A stretch of DNA of 64,000 bases from Carcharhinus longimanus (Eukaryota), in assembly GCA_030264375.1 (NCBI GenBank), contig JASCQW010000027.1, forward strand, positions 55,355,351-55,419,350, in the 5' to 3' direction. Positions 1-13,400 of this stretch are shown in pieces; position 1 is the stretch's first letter; every line of letters begins with the position of its first letter. The notes under the pieces are model-generated. The model saw only the letters and a program-made list of their open reading frames with translations. It was not told where the DNA came from and ran no database searches. The position numbers and the translations under genes are program-made.

Positions 1-800
1 AGTTACTTTGAGAAGTCAGTGGGCCTTTTCCTTGAATTACTGAAGTCCCTGTGGAGATGATCCATCTGTGATGTTGTTGACTTCAATACTTAAGGCAGAA
101 GCTAGGTGAATGAGAGAGGTAGATGTGTGCATACCTGTTTTACAAGTTGAACAAAGTGGAACCTTACTTTGCAAAACGTTATAACAACTTGCTACCAGTG
201 AAAACTGTATTTTAGTCAATAAAAGAAATGATGGAGGCATTGTTCAACTTACTTGCCAACACAAAGCCAGCCTTGCAAATTGGCTGCACATTGTAGAAAC
301 CACAAATTTTGTCTTTCCTATTGAACAGAAATGAAACTCCAGCAATTTCTGCAATGGGAGTTCAGACTCAGGGGCGAGCCGAAAATTGAATACCCTATCC
401 CCAAATTTCTGAGAGAAACATTTTTATCAAGTGGTAAATACTTCAAAGCTCCTTGATTTTCCAGTGTTGGGTTTTTCGTATTTGGCATTTTCATGTTCAC
501 ACATGGTAAACATGTGGAAGTGTTGAAGACAGTGAAAGTTGAAAATATGAATTTTAAGACATTGATTAAATATTTTTGGCAGATAGTAAGTAGTGAAGTA
601 GGACATGAAGTATGTGATATTGAGGGTTACCCAATGGATGAACATTGTTTTTCATCCTGTATAGACTTTGTTACGGTTTTATCCTGTATAGCAAATTGGG
701 ACATGGGTTTGGAAGAATGTACTTACTTTAAGGATGTCTAGTGAATTAGGAGTTAAGTAGAAATTTTCCTGCATATTTTTACCAAAATCGAAGTATTTAT

Positions 801-875
801 AAGAACATAAGAACATAGGAAATAGGAGCAGGAGTAGGCCATCTAGCCCTTCGAGCCTGCCCCGCCATTCAATAA
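801..875 (-). mobile_element. CR1-clade LINE 3' tail (young subfamily), runs into N gap
   Basis: gaatggcggggcaggctcgaagggc...cctactcctgctcctatt plus (TTCTTATG)n tail; near-identical to five other copies in the window. Confidence 0.85.
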
Positions 876-1299
876 NNNNNNNNNNNNNNNNNNNNNNNNN
901 NNNNNNNNNNNNNNNNNNNNNNNNNNNNNNNNNNNNNNNNNNNNNNNNNNNNNNNNNNNNNNNNNNNNNNNNNNNACAGTTCTACAAAGAGTAAAGTGCT
1001 TTAAACTTATTTTAAACAGGTTTTTAACAGGTAAAATCTTAGCTCTCTCTCTGCTCCAGCAAACAATCCTCATTTCTATTTAATTCCCTCTCCTCCAGGA
1101 ATTATCAGTAGTGATTAGGGAAGGGTGTGATGAGGTTGCACAATCATTCAGAGAAGATTTATTGGGCCTGATGGTCTTCAATCAGCTTTTGATATATTCA
1201 TATATTGCATATGCATTTTTGTTTTAATCCCACTATGATATTTAAAGTTCTCACAATTAATTTTTTGTCGCTTACGACTATTTTGTTAACTTCTTACAG

Positions 1300-1416
1300 A
1301 TGATGTGACAGCTTTTCGTGTTACCAGAATCCATGTGGATACAGTTATCAGCAAGAAAAACAATACAATGATTGGTTTACTGAACGTGATAAATCAATTG
1401 GCCTTGATCAAACCAA
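1300..1416 (+). CDS. lama4: lama4 exon 1 of window (coiled coil; xDVTAFRVTRIHVDTVISKKNNTMIGLLNVINQLALIKP)
   Basis: ttcttacAG acceptor and GTaagt donor; 117 nt open, phase 1 to 1, matching the next exon; heptad-like sequence, but weak similarity to the human protein. Confidence 0.8.
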
Positions 1417-4400
1417 GTAAGTACTTTTCCAAATTTATTTTTCCTTAAGGCGCAACAACAATTTTCATTAATGTAGCAATTCTAACATTGTAAGTCAAGT
1501 AGGGAAGGGGGAAATTGACTGTAGCTGATCTCATATAGTGCAGCAAGATCAAAAGCCGCTGTACTATAACGTAGGAATTTTCAAATTCAGTCTGTGAAAT
1601 CAATGAGCCTGCAAATCAAGCACGCACATTTTCCAATCTTTCTTTTGAGCTCCTTATATAAAGAAGGATTTCCTTGCATTGGAGGCAATTCAGAAAAGAT
1701 TCCCAATAGGTTGATTGCTGGGATGAAGGGCTATTTTGTGAGGAAAGGCTGAGCAAGATGAACCAATACTCAATTGGAGTTTAGAAGAATGAGAGAGGAT
1801 CTTATTGAAACATGAGATCCTGAGGACGATTGCTAGGGTAGATGTTAAGAGGATGTTTCCCCTAATTAGGGAACACAGATTAAAAATAAGGGGTCCCCAC
1901 TTGCAACTGAGAAGAGGAAAATATTTTCTCTCAGAAGGCCATTTAATTCTCGATTTCAGAGAGCAGTGGAAGCTGGATCCTTGAATATATTCAAGGCTGA
2001 ATTAGACTGATTTTTGATCACCAAGGATTATGAAAGGTAGACAGCAAAGTGGAGTTATGGCCATAATCAGATCAGCTACAAGATGGTTATCCTGCAGCTC
2101 CTATTTAGTTTACTTTCATACTGAGAACATTTTTGAACATTTTGCAAAAGTGTCTGATAGCCGGTTTTATCACTTGTTACATTGATTCAAATGAATGACA
2201 TAGCTATTGGTCTCTCAAATGATTCGAAACTTAACGAATGGCAGACTAGGTTCGAGGGGCCTATTCCTGCTTCTGTTTCTTATGTTCTTATGTAACCCTC
2301 CATTTTCCCTTTCCTTACCATCTATTAATATCAATTTTTAATGAAAGACTTTAGACACACCATTCTTATAGTACGAGTATGTAAATAAAAATTATTGAAC
2401 AAAAGTTTAGCAATAACATAGGCTTAAAGGAGGCCTTTTAGAATTAAATAGTTATCAGAAATTTTGAAACATAACTTAAAAAGGTCAAGAACCAGAGTTC
2501 TATTCACTGACATTTCTGTCAGTTGACATTGACGAATGGATTGTACTGTTTCTCTCTGATTGCATTTCTACGTGCAGGCTGGCCAGTCTATGAGACATCT
2601 CTTTGATCTTTTGGCCCTTTATACGGAGGATCGTGGGTGCCTGGAACTTGCTGCTCGGGAGGCAGTGGAAGCAGATACAATAGTTACTTTTAAGGGGCAT
2701 CTGGACAAATACATGAATAGGATGGGAATAGAGGGATACAGTCCCCAGTAGTGTAGGAGGCTTTAGTTCAGACGGGCAACATGGTCAGTGCAAGCTTGGA
2801 GGGCCAAAGGACCTATTCCTGTGCTGTAATTTTCTTTGTTCTTTGTTCTTCCTGCTAGCGGGGTCTTCCTGTCCCACCGAAGGTGACACCCCACCCCCAC
2901 CCCCCCCACCAATCCCCTAACGCAGCTGGATCCCCAGTGGCAGACAGGCGAGCAAAACACTGTGGGACTGGAAGACCCTTGCTCCACCCAAGTCAAGGGT
3001 CGATCCAGTTCCAGGATAATGGAAAATCTGACCCAAGATACTAATGCATTTCTTAATATATCATATATCAACATCTCAGGTAATAGGAACCAGTTGGAGC
3101 AATCGAAGCTAATTGCAGAAGAAGCAAGGGGGACAGCTGATATGGTTCTAGAGACTGTCAACACAATGAATGAAATGATGAAAAACTGGCCACAGAATCT
3201 CAGCACTTCTGCTGATGATGGAACTGCTTTCAAGAAGACAGTGAACTCAGCTGGTGGCACAGGTACAGGATGGTTAGCTTGCAGCTCCCATTTAGTTTAC
3301 CTTCATACTTAGAAAGAACATTAAAAAAACTCTGCAAATGTGTCTGATTACAGATTTTACCACTTTTAACACTAATCCAAATGAAAGGCATGTCCCAGCC
3401 ATTGGTCTCTCAAATGGTTGGAATTCAAGCTGCCTTCTTCTGTCCTAAATTGACTATCAAAAAACGACTTCAAAGATTCTATATTAAAGTGTTTTCTGAG
3501 AAGTTGCAAATATTAAAATTAAACTTTATTAAGCTAAAATGGCATAATGGTGACATTACTGGACTAATGATTGTACACATGAGTTTACACCATGCCACAG
3601 CGACTGGAGAATTCAAATCCAAAAAATTTAAATAAATCTGCAATCAGGATGGCACTGTGATTAGGACTGCTGCTTCACTGCTCCAGGGACCTGGGTTCAA
3701 TTTCAGCCTTGGGTCACTGTCTGTGTGGAGTCTGCACGTTCTCCCCATGTCTGCATGGGTTTCCTCCGTGTGCTTCGGTTTCCTCCAAAGTTCAAAGCTT
3801 AGGCAGGTTGGTCATGCTGGATGTGTAGGGGCTATGTGCCAGGGATGTGGAGGTGCCTGGAGTCCCTGGGAGTTGAGGGCCAACACTAGGCATTGCCCCA
3901 TGGCACACTGGTGGTGTCCCCTGACTGCCAGGGGCCAGTGACAAGTGGATAATGCAAAATGACATCTGGAGAGATACACACCAGTTTTCAGTCAGAGCCT
4001 GACACTCACAAATTTGGGAAAAATTTCACTTATTAAGTCTGTCTAACTAATAGTTTTTTCCAGTTTTTTGCACTTTTACTAAGTAAAATTGTGCAATGAT
4101 AGTCCACTCATTAGGTTTTATAGTGGCATATTCAATTAGTCATAGAGATGATGGTAAAATGAAAAACCTTCCACTGCACATGATATAATAAACTCAGAAT
4201 CATAATCAACTGCTTCCTATAGGTTTCTCTTGGTAGTATCCAATCTTTTAAAACCATATAGCTTTTAACTCTTCCATTTCCATGGTGTTTCCAGTGGGTA
4301 ATCTGACAGAAATAGTTCCACAGCTCTTGGACAAACTTCGAATTGTGGAACAGAAAAAGCCAGCCAATAATATTTCTGCCAGTATTCGGCGAATTCGTGA

Positions 4401-7400
4401 GCTCATTGCACAGACACGGAATGTGGCCAGCAAGGTGAGAAAGAGCTATTCATTACACTGATGAGTGGAATATCTTGTTAACTCCTGGTTACTTAAACTC
4501 AGTGTTCATCTTATTTTAAGCTAACTTAAACCACGTAACTTGTATATCAAATCAGATCAATATGCTTATTCTTCATAATGATTTCAAAGTGCCCTTTGTT
4601 GCTAAAAACATTCAGGAGACATACAAATATACAAACATATAAATCAGGAGCAGGAATAGGTCACTCGGCCTTTCAAGCCTATCCTGCTGATCTGACTGCA
4701 ACCTCAACTCCACATTCCCACCTACCCTTCGTAACCTTTCACTCCCTTCTTATCAAGAATCTTTCTCCCTCTGCCTTAAAAATATTCAAAGACTCTGCCT
4801 CACCTTCTTTTGAGGAAGAGAGTTCTGAAGACTCATTGCCCTCGAAGAGAAAAACATTTTCATCATCTGTGTCTTAAATGAGCGTTCTCTTATTTTTAAA
4901 TAATGACTCCAGTTCTATATTCTCCCACAAGAGAGATTCTCCATGTAGATTCTCCCCATCCACCCTGTCAAGACCCCTTAGGATCTTATATGTTTCAACA
5001 AAGTCACCTCTTACTCTTCTAAACTCCAGTGAATACAAGCTTAGCTTGTCCAACCTTTCCTCCTCAGACAACCCACCAATTCCTTTTGAAAATTTTCAAT
5101 GTCTATCCAAAGACTGAGAAATGACAGAGAATTATCTATAAGTATGGATTACTTATGAATGGAAAATCTTACGCTGACACCTGGATTTCTTCAAAGCTGC
5201 AGCCATTTTTACAAATTATTTTCCCATTTTGTAGTTGATTGCTTGTGGATTTACTGAATGGCACAGTCCGATTTGAGAAAATATCACTCAGACCTCATGG
5301 TGAGCTTTCCACATGGGGTCTCTCTCTCCCACCACATATCATACATGTCCATTCAAGCGGAATTAAAAATGAGACTAAAAGTTCATGTTGAGATTGACTT
5401 ATGTCATTCAGGGAAGGTGAGATTTCAACAAGAACAATTTGAGTATAATCATGTATACTGAAGTATACTATATAGATTTTACTCAATTTTCATTAATTTG
5501 TTTCAACTTTCTCCTTTATATGATATGTTGGAAATTTTTGGATAGGGACCTAGATTGTACTCTGTGACTGACTTGCATAAAGTGGACTTGTTTTATCAGG
5601 CTGTGTCATTCCTTACTTGCTTAATAATATTACAATTAAGGTTAAGATTTGGGTTCATAAATCCCACCCCCTGTTTAACTAGTGTATAACACTAGAGATT
5701 ATATCTCCTTTGTGTAATCAATGTTTAACAGTTGTTCAGTTACAGACTATAGATGTATAGATTTAATGACAATAGTTAAAGTAACAATTCATTTCCTTGT
5801 TTCACTTCAGGTTCAAGTCTCCATGAAATTTAATGGTCAGTCTGCTGTAGAAGTCATTTCAAAATCAAATTTGGAGGAGCTCAAGTCTTTTACTTCAATG
5901 AGTTTGTACATGCAAGTTCCTTCAAGTGGACAAGGGCAGGCTGCTAACCAAGATAGATTCATCCTGTACCTCGGAAACAAGAATGTGAGATCATGTAAAT
6001 TTTACTATAACAGTTCAAAAATATGTCAGACGTAAGGAATATGTATACACTCAGAATCCTACTTAATAGGCTTAATTAAGCTTAATGTGTGCAAATCTAT
6101 TTCTGTTATTTTCTAGGGAAGAAAAGATTATATTGGTCTGAGTATTAAAAATGACAATTTAGTTTACGTTTACAATCTTGGAAATGGAGATGTTGAGATT
6201 CCGTTGAACTCAAAGCCTGTGAGCACCTGGCCAAACTACTTCAATTTAATCAAAATAGAAAGGTAACTGATATCTCTTGTAGGCAACTTTTTGTGAAAGC
6301 ATTTCAGAGTGTATGTTTCCAGTATTGTCTGCCAGATTAATATGGGCAATGATGATTTATATTTTTCTTTTCAGTTTATGTCCAGTGCACTTGTTTTTGT
6401 TGAGATGACCAGACTTACATTTCTGGGAGTGGGTAGTGCAATATTTGAGAGGTTCAGGGTTTAAATATTGTGGGCAGAGTTGTTAATGGGCTGAAATGGG
6501 TCAGAATGGGGTGGGGGAGGGAGGGAGGAGAGCAGAAAATAAAACTGTGAACTCAGAACTCCTTGCTAACATCATTTTAGCTTTTGAAACATAGTCAAGC
6601 ATTCATAAATAATAGCCTCAAGGGAACTGCTAACCAAGAACTCTATTAAAACAACTCAAAAAGATGCTACACCAATTGGCCTATTAATCAAAGCAGTCCA
6701 GCAGGTGCCATTTTCTAACAATCACTGTCAGCAACAGCCAGTTTTTTTTAATTTACAGTATAAAGAGTGAAGGATTTAAAAACCTTCAGATCATAACCAT
6801 TAAATTGATTTCATCCGCCTTTCATTGTCTATTTCTTTCCATAAATTTGTAATGCTAACACTGTGGATTAAGGTCCTTACAACAAAATCAGGACAAAGTT
6901 TAAATGTCTCTGCAGATTTCAGGTTTCCCTCCTGTGTGAATCATGCCCAGTCCCCATTATCCCACCAGCAAAAAGTAGCTCTGTCAGAAATTGGGACAGG
7001 ACTTTCACACCTGGGTCAACCTAGTCACCCTCCTGGACAGGCACATCACCTGAGCATGAAGGAACCTGAATATGATTAAAGTTTCTATTTCTGTTTTCAG
7101 TATTTGTCATTTTCTGACTCTGCAAAAATCTGGCCCTACAGAGGACATGTTATTGCAATATCATTTCACTTCAAATGATAATATCTCTGAATCACTGTTC
7201 AGTGGCTGTCAATAGTTCATCTTCATTGTCAGACTTCCAACTTTCTGAATTTACCAAACAAAAGAAGAAGAATATTGACATGTCTTTTGTTGTGCTCCTT
7301 TCTGATAGAGTTGGAAGGCATGGAAAAATACAATTAACAATACCTAGCCCAGGTAGCACAGCAGAGCAAAAGTTCATCCAGAAAGGAGCAGCTGAAGGCA

Positions 7401-10400
7401 ATGATTCTCTGCTAGATCTGGAAGCTGATAACATGGTGTTCTATGTGGGAGGAGTGCCTCCAGATTTCCAGGTATGTTGGGCTGAGCCAATTCCAATGGT
7501 GCATTTTGCTGCACATTTTCATTCTAAAGATGGTACCATTTTACAACTTTCACAAGCTTGGCCTACATTTGAACTTCCACTAAGTGTGTCCAAAACTGCA
7601 GTTTAATTGCTTTGGCACCCTTTGTTATTCCAGTCAAATTGGAACAAACAGAATTCAAAAAGTAATTATTGTAGTCTTCTTATTTTTCCTCCAACCACTG
7701 AACTATTTTATCTGTTTTCTCAAGCCTTTCTTCTCTCATTTCTGAGATGGTTTGTCTTATTGCAAACATGGTAGTCATTAATTGATGAAAGCTGATTAAA
7801 TGCTATCATTGCAGTAGGTAGATTTAGCAGCAGACATTATTGTTGTTACTCAAGTGCTCTGATTAGAAGCCCATTAGAAGCAGAACTGCCCTTAACTGAG
7901 AAGGCCAAATGCATACTTTGCATAATACTTTCATTCATTCTGCAAGCAATACTCTGACTTGCTGTTCACTTGTCATTTCAATTCACCACTCTCCTCTCAT
8001 GTTCACATTTCTATTCTTGGCTTGCTGTAATGTTCCAGGGAGTCCGATGCAAGCTGGAGGAACAGCACAACATCTTCCGAATAGACACCTTTACAGCCAT
8101 TATGTACTTTTCTCCCTTCCCCCTGCCGCCCCTCCACCCCCCACAAGTCCCAGTCTGTAACTTGTTCTCGTGCTTTGCTTTCAGATGACACTGACCTTTA
8201 TTCTGCTATTCACACCTGTCATAGAATCCCTACTGTGCAAAAGGAGGCCATTTGTATCAAGTCTACACCAACCCTCCAAAAGAGCTCTCTCCCTAGGCCC
8301 ACTCCCCCACTCTATCTACATAACCTCATACATTGATCACGACATATCCATCTAACCTGCACATTTTTGGACTGTGGAAGGAANNNNNNNNNNNNNNNNN
8401 NNNNNNNCGGTTGGACTTAAACCTGGTGTTGTCAGACTTCTTACTGTGTTTACCCCAGTCCAATGCCGGCATCTCCACATCATAGGTCTCTGGCACTGTG
8501 AGGCAACAGTGCTAACCACTGTGTTATCCTTTCTCTGGACTTCCTCCAGACCAATGCTTTGTTCCTTTTCTACAAGCAATACTTCTTATGAAATCTTTGT
8601 GATTGAATCTCCCCTGCCATCTAACCTACCTCTGATAGTCCATTTTTGCACCACCTGACCCTCCTCCTTTTTGCAACAACGGAAAACCCATCACATTTCT
8701 GCCTCCCTTCAGTTCCAAAGAAGAGTCATTGGGACTTGAAAAAACCTCTTTTTTCCTTCTCTAACGTGTGCTGTCAGACCTGCTGAGATTTTCCAGCACT
8801 TTCTGTTTTTATTTCTGATTTCCAGCATCTGCAATTATCTGATTTTTTTTATACTTCCCCATGTGGCTATCTCATGCTGTGCTTGTATTTTTTGCTCCTG
8901 TTTGTAATGCTTATTCTACATAGAACATAGAACAGTACAGCACAGTACAGGCCCTTCGGCCCTCAGTATTGTGCCGAGTATGTCCAAACCCAAGATCTCA
9001 CTCCCTATAATTCTGGTGTGCTCCATGTGCCTATCCAATAACAGCTTTGAAGTTCCTTAGGTGTCCGACTCCACTATCACAGCAGGCCGTGCATTCCACA
9101 TCCCAACCACTCTCTGTGTAAAGAATCTTCCTTGGACATCCCTTCTATATCTCCCACCATGAACCTTATATTTATGTCCCTAGTAACAGCTACATCCACC
9201 CGAGGAAATAGTCTCTGCTCGTCCACTATATCTAACCCCCTCAACAACACCTATTCTGAGTAGTTGTTGGTGGTGCTGGAGGTTGTTTTAATAGACATCC
9301 ACTTCCTCCAGCTGTATTAACCATGTTTCCATTTTTTTGAATTGTCTATTGACTCAAAACAGCTACATTGCTCATGTACTGCTGCCATAATAAGGTCATT
9401 ATCAAAGTAACTCCTAAATTTTAGGCGATTTAGGATTTTTATTTGAAGTGAGTGAAATCTAATTATCTTGCTCGTCTTTAATAAGAGGAGCAAATAATCA
9501 GAAAGAAATTAACACTGAATCACTTTGTGAAGCAATCATTCATAATGATGTTCAACCACATTATGTCATTTTCTTGTACCGTTCATGTATTGTGTTTCTT
9601 GTTCAGCTGTCAGAATATTCATAAGCTGGAGAAAGAATGAGATCCTAATTAGGATAACAGCAAGGTGTCAGGTTGTTAAAATAAAGTTCAAGGCAAGTCA
9701 CTGTTTCTGTGCCTCACCTTCCATCAAGTTAGGGTTACGTTTTGAACGTGAATGGAGTCATCTGAACAGGCAATTTTTCTGTCTTATTTGTCACAGCCTC
9801 CTGCCAGCTTAAACCTTCCTGGCTTTGTCGGCTGCATTGAATTGGCCACACTTAATGACGATATAATAAGCCTCTACAACTTCAAACAGACTTACAAACT
9901 GAACACTACATCCGACCGACCCTGTACAAGGTAAGCAGACCACTGCACCTGTCACCCTTTGACAAAGCATAGTGTTTTAATTTGTGTTACTCCACGAACA
10001 GCATTTTCAGTTGGTTGTTGGGTCAGGATCAGAGGCCACCGGACCCAGAATCTCGCATTATCGACCGCCATTCCAGTTTATACGAATCATTTTTAAAGAG
10101 GCCAAGCCAGGGTCAGAATGGCTACTTGCTAATGGTGGGCAGGTAGCCAAGTTAGACCAATTAAAGCCCCACTCTCTTGCAGACGGGGATTTTCAATCAG
10201 CAGGCAGATTTTGCACATCAGGCTGAAACACTGCTAAGGCAATCTCACAGCAGGAAAGGCAGAGGCCGTGTTTAATGCCACAGAGGAACCTCCACCTGCA
10301 ACCATCATAGCCACAGCTATGTGAAGAGCTTGCTTCTCCACAATCACGGCCAAACAGCTCTGACAAATTAAAAGAAGAACTGGCCTTCAGAGGGTTCCCC

Positions 10401-13400
10401 CATATTGAGGCACCCTCTCTCTGTCCATCACAAACCAACAGCAACCACCTCAGCTAATAAGGCTGCCAATGGTCTGTGCTGGAGGGTGTCCCATGAGCCC
10501 TTCAGCCTTGTGTGCCTGCCTTAAATAAGGTGAGTCTGTTCCCTGTATTAATTAAGAACATAAGAAATAGGAGCAGGAGTAGGCCATCTGGCCCTTCGAG
10601 CCTGCCCCGCCATTCAATAAGATCATNNNNNNNNNNNNNNNNNNNNNNNNNNNNNNNNNNNNNNNNNNNNNNNNNNNNNNNNNNNNNNNNNNNNNNNNNN
10701 NNNNNNNNNNNNNNNNNNNNNNNNNNNNNNNNNNNNNNNNNNNNNNNNNNNNNNNNNNNNNNNNNNNNNNNNNNNNNNNNNNNNNNNNNNNNNNNNNNNN
10801 NNNNNNNNNNNNNNNNNNNNNNNNNNNNNNNNNNNNNNNNNNNNNNNNNNNNNNNNNNNNNNNNNNNNNNNNNNNNNNNNNNNNNNNNNNNNNNNNNNNN
10901 NNNNNNNNNNNNNNNNNNNNNNNNNNNNNNNNNNNNNNNNNNNNNNNNNNNNNNNNNNNNNNNNNNNNNNNNNNNNNNNNNNNNNNNNNNNNNNNNNNNN
11001 NNNNNNNNNNNNNNNNNNNNNNNNNNNNNNNNNNNNNNNNNNNNNNNNNNNNNNNNNNNNNNNNNNNNNNNTATGAGATTTGGCAGATGAAGGTGTTAAG
11101 CCCCCTAATCTTTCCCATCATCTTGCTACACCGTCACAAGATTGGGAGGATGACACTTGGGCTGCCGATTTTCTCTGTGACTTCCTTCATGCATGATTGA
11201 TTGGAGAGGTTGTCCCTGTGGGAGTTTAACTACAGCCTCTAACTTATCAAATCCCTTCAGATAAGAGTGAGAGACCAGGGAAACAGTCATCCCAGGTCTC
11301 CTCTCCACACCTGTTATTGCTGCAGTCTTAAAAACATCCGGATCCTTTAAATTAGCAGTCATTACACAATCCTTCCTTTTCACATCCGCTGCATGACCTT
11401 GCCCATCCTCAATGCCTGCTCGGAAAAATTTGCTTGTTCACTGTTCGGGTTCCTAACCATTACTGGTCCTGCTATTTCTCCATTTCTAAAATTTAAAATT
11501 CTACTCTAAACGTTTCAGTAAGGATTTTAAAATCTGATGGGCTGAAGGACTGTTGCTCATCCTTCTTGCACAGGTTCCTAATCCCTTTTCAAAGGTGCTG
11601 AACTAGATCTCTCATTACTGTAAACTGCTCCCCCTCAAAGCCCACTAAAAGGCTTTGTGTATTATAACAGTAATGAAGCTCAGTTGTCCTTCATTCATGG
11701 CTGGCTGAATAATGCGGGTCCAGGTTAGAACAGTATAAGATTTGATTAAGAACATTCCGCAGTCAGGTCAGACTGCTGATGTTTCCGTCATTTATTATGG
11801 AGTGCCAATCGGTGATGTCCAGGTGGTGACTGATTTATTCAACCGTAAGGCACAATTCAGAAGGGGGTTGACAGAATAGACGTTGGGAGGATATTTCCAC
11901 TTGTGGGAGAATCTAAAACTAGAGGACACAATCTTAAAATAAGGCATCTCCCATTTAAGCTGGAGATGAAGAGGAATTTCTTCTCTGAGGGTCAATAGCG
12001 TTTGGAATTCTCTACCCCAGCATGCAGTGAAAGCTTGGGCACTGCATATATTCAAGGCTGCGTTTGGCAGATTTTTGGTCAATAAGGGGGTTAAGAGTTA
12101 TGGAGGGGACAAGTAGGACAGAGGAATTGTGGCCACAATCAGATCAGCCACAATCTTAATGTCTGCTGGAGCAGGCTTCCAGGGCCAAATGGTCTACTCC
12201 TGCTTCTGTTTCTTGTGTTCTCATGTAAGATATCAAGTAGCCATCAGGAGAGGAGATTGACCAGTAAATCTGCAAGATAAACTTGTTTACGTTGTATTCA
12301 CTTTACCAACCCAATTACTGAGTAGTTGCTTGAAAAAATATTCCCATATTGCTAAGCAGGAAATTCATCAATATAAAAACAAAATTTCAAAGGAGCTTCT
12401 GTTAGTAATGTTCTTAGGGAATTAATTATTCAATCAGAGCCTCAACATCGCATTTAATTGGTGTACATGTCTCCAGCAAAGTAGAAGACAGTCTTCCCAG
12501 CCATTCAATCCTGTCAGTTTCAAATCAATTCCATGCAATTACAATTTGTCAAGCTGCTGGCTCTGTGCACTTTCAGGATGTTGCATCATCTGGCTATAAT
12601 CTCTTGCAAGAAAGGAATTATCTAGGCTTTGATCGTACTGTAAAAAAAGCACAGCTGGCGCAATATGTTTTCTGGTTACGGATATGATTCAAAACACACA
12701 GTAATAATGGTTAATACAGCACTAATTGTTAATGAATTTGAAAAGAAAATGAAGCGATGATAGAATATTCTACTGTTACGGCATTTTGAGCAATGGAGTA
12801 TAGTGCGTGGAATCAATTCTACAGTTTCCATATAACTGATACCTGATATGGCTGAGGCTTCGAAGAGGGTGCTTTCCCACAGGAAGAGGGGAATAAATTG
12901 GAGAATCGATCGCTCTAGGTTAAGTTTCACCTTCGGTCTTTTGACTCAAGAATGAGTTTGGCTCAGCCCTAGTAGGAACGTGAATGCCTGCTGTGCCAGT
13001 CTGTACATACTGCATGGCTGTCAAAGTTATTCAAAATAATGAATCAAAAAATTATGAAAAGAATACAAACATTTGTACCCTTCATAAGTTAAAATAGGAA
13101 CACTGACAAGTTTTACAAGATGTAAGTTGAATACAGTGACCCCATTATTTACAGGGAGGCAGAGAAGAAGCATGGACACATTTTTTTGGAACGCGGGAGA
13201 AATGGAAATGCCAGGAATTAGTGATCCTGCCAAATTTAACAGCAGGGCCTCTCCAGATTTCAAACATTCTCCTGCCCACCTGGTCCCAGCTGATTGAGTG
13301 CCAACTGCCAGATGGGAAAAGCAGGGCATTTAGCAATCTAAAATGATCGGGGCCTGGTTAGGGGGTGGAAGGAGAGCGTTAGGAAGGTGGGATTGGTGAC

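Noticed and set aside
2763-3260. 165-aa minus-strand ORF
   Set aside because: Antisense to a lama4 exon, continuing into repeat sequence.
6508-6530. G-run cluster (potential G-quadruplex); C-run cluster at 2887-2910
   Set aside because: Short simple runs, common in such repeats, with no supporting context.
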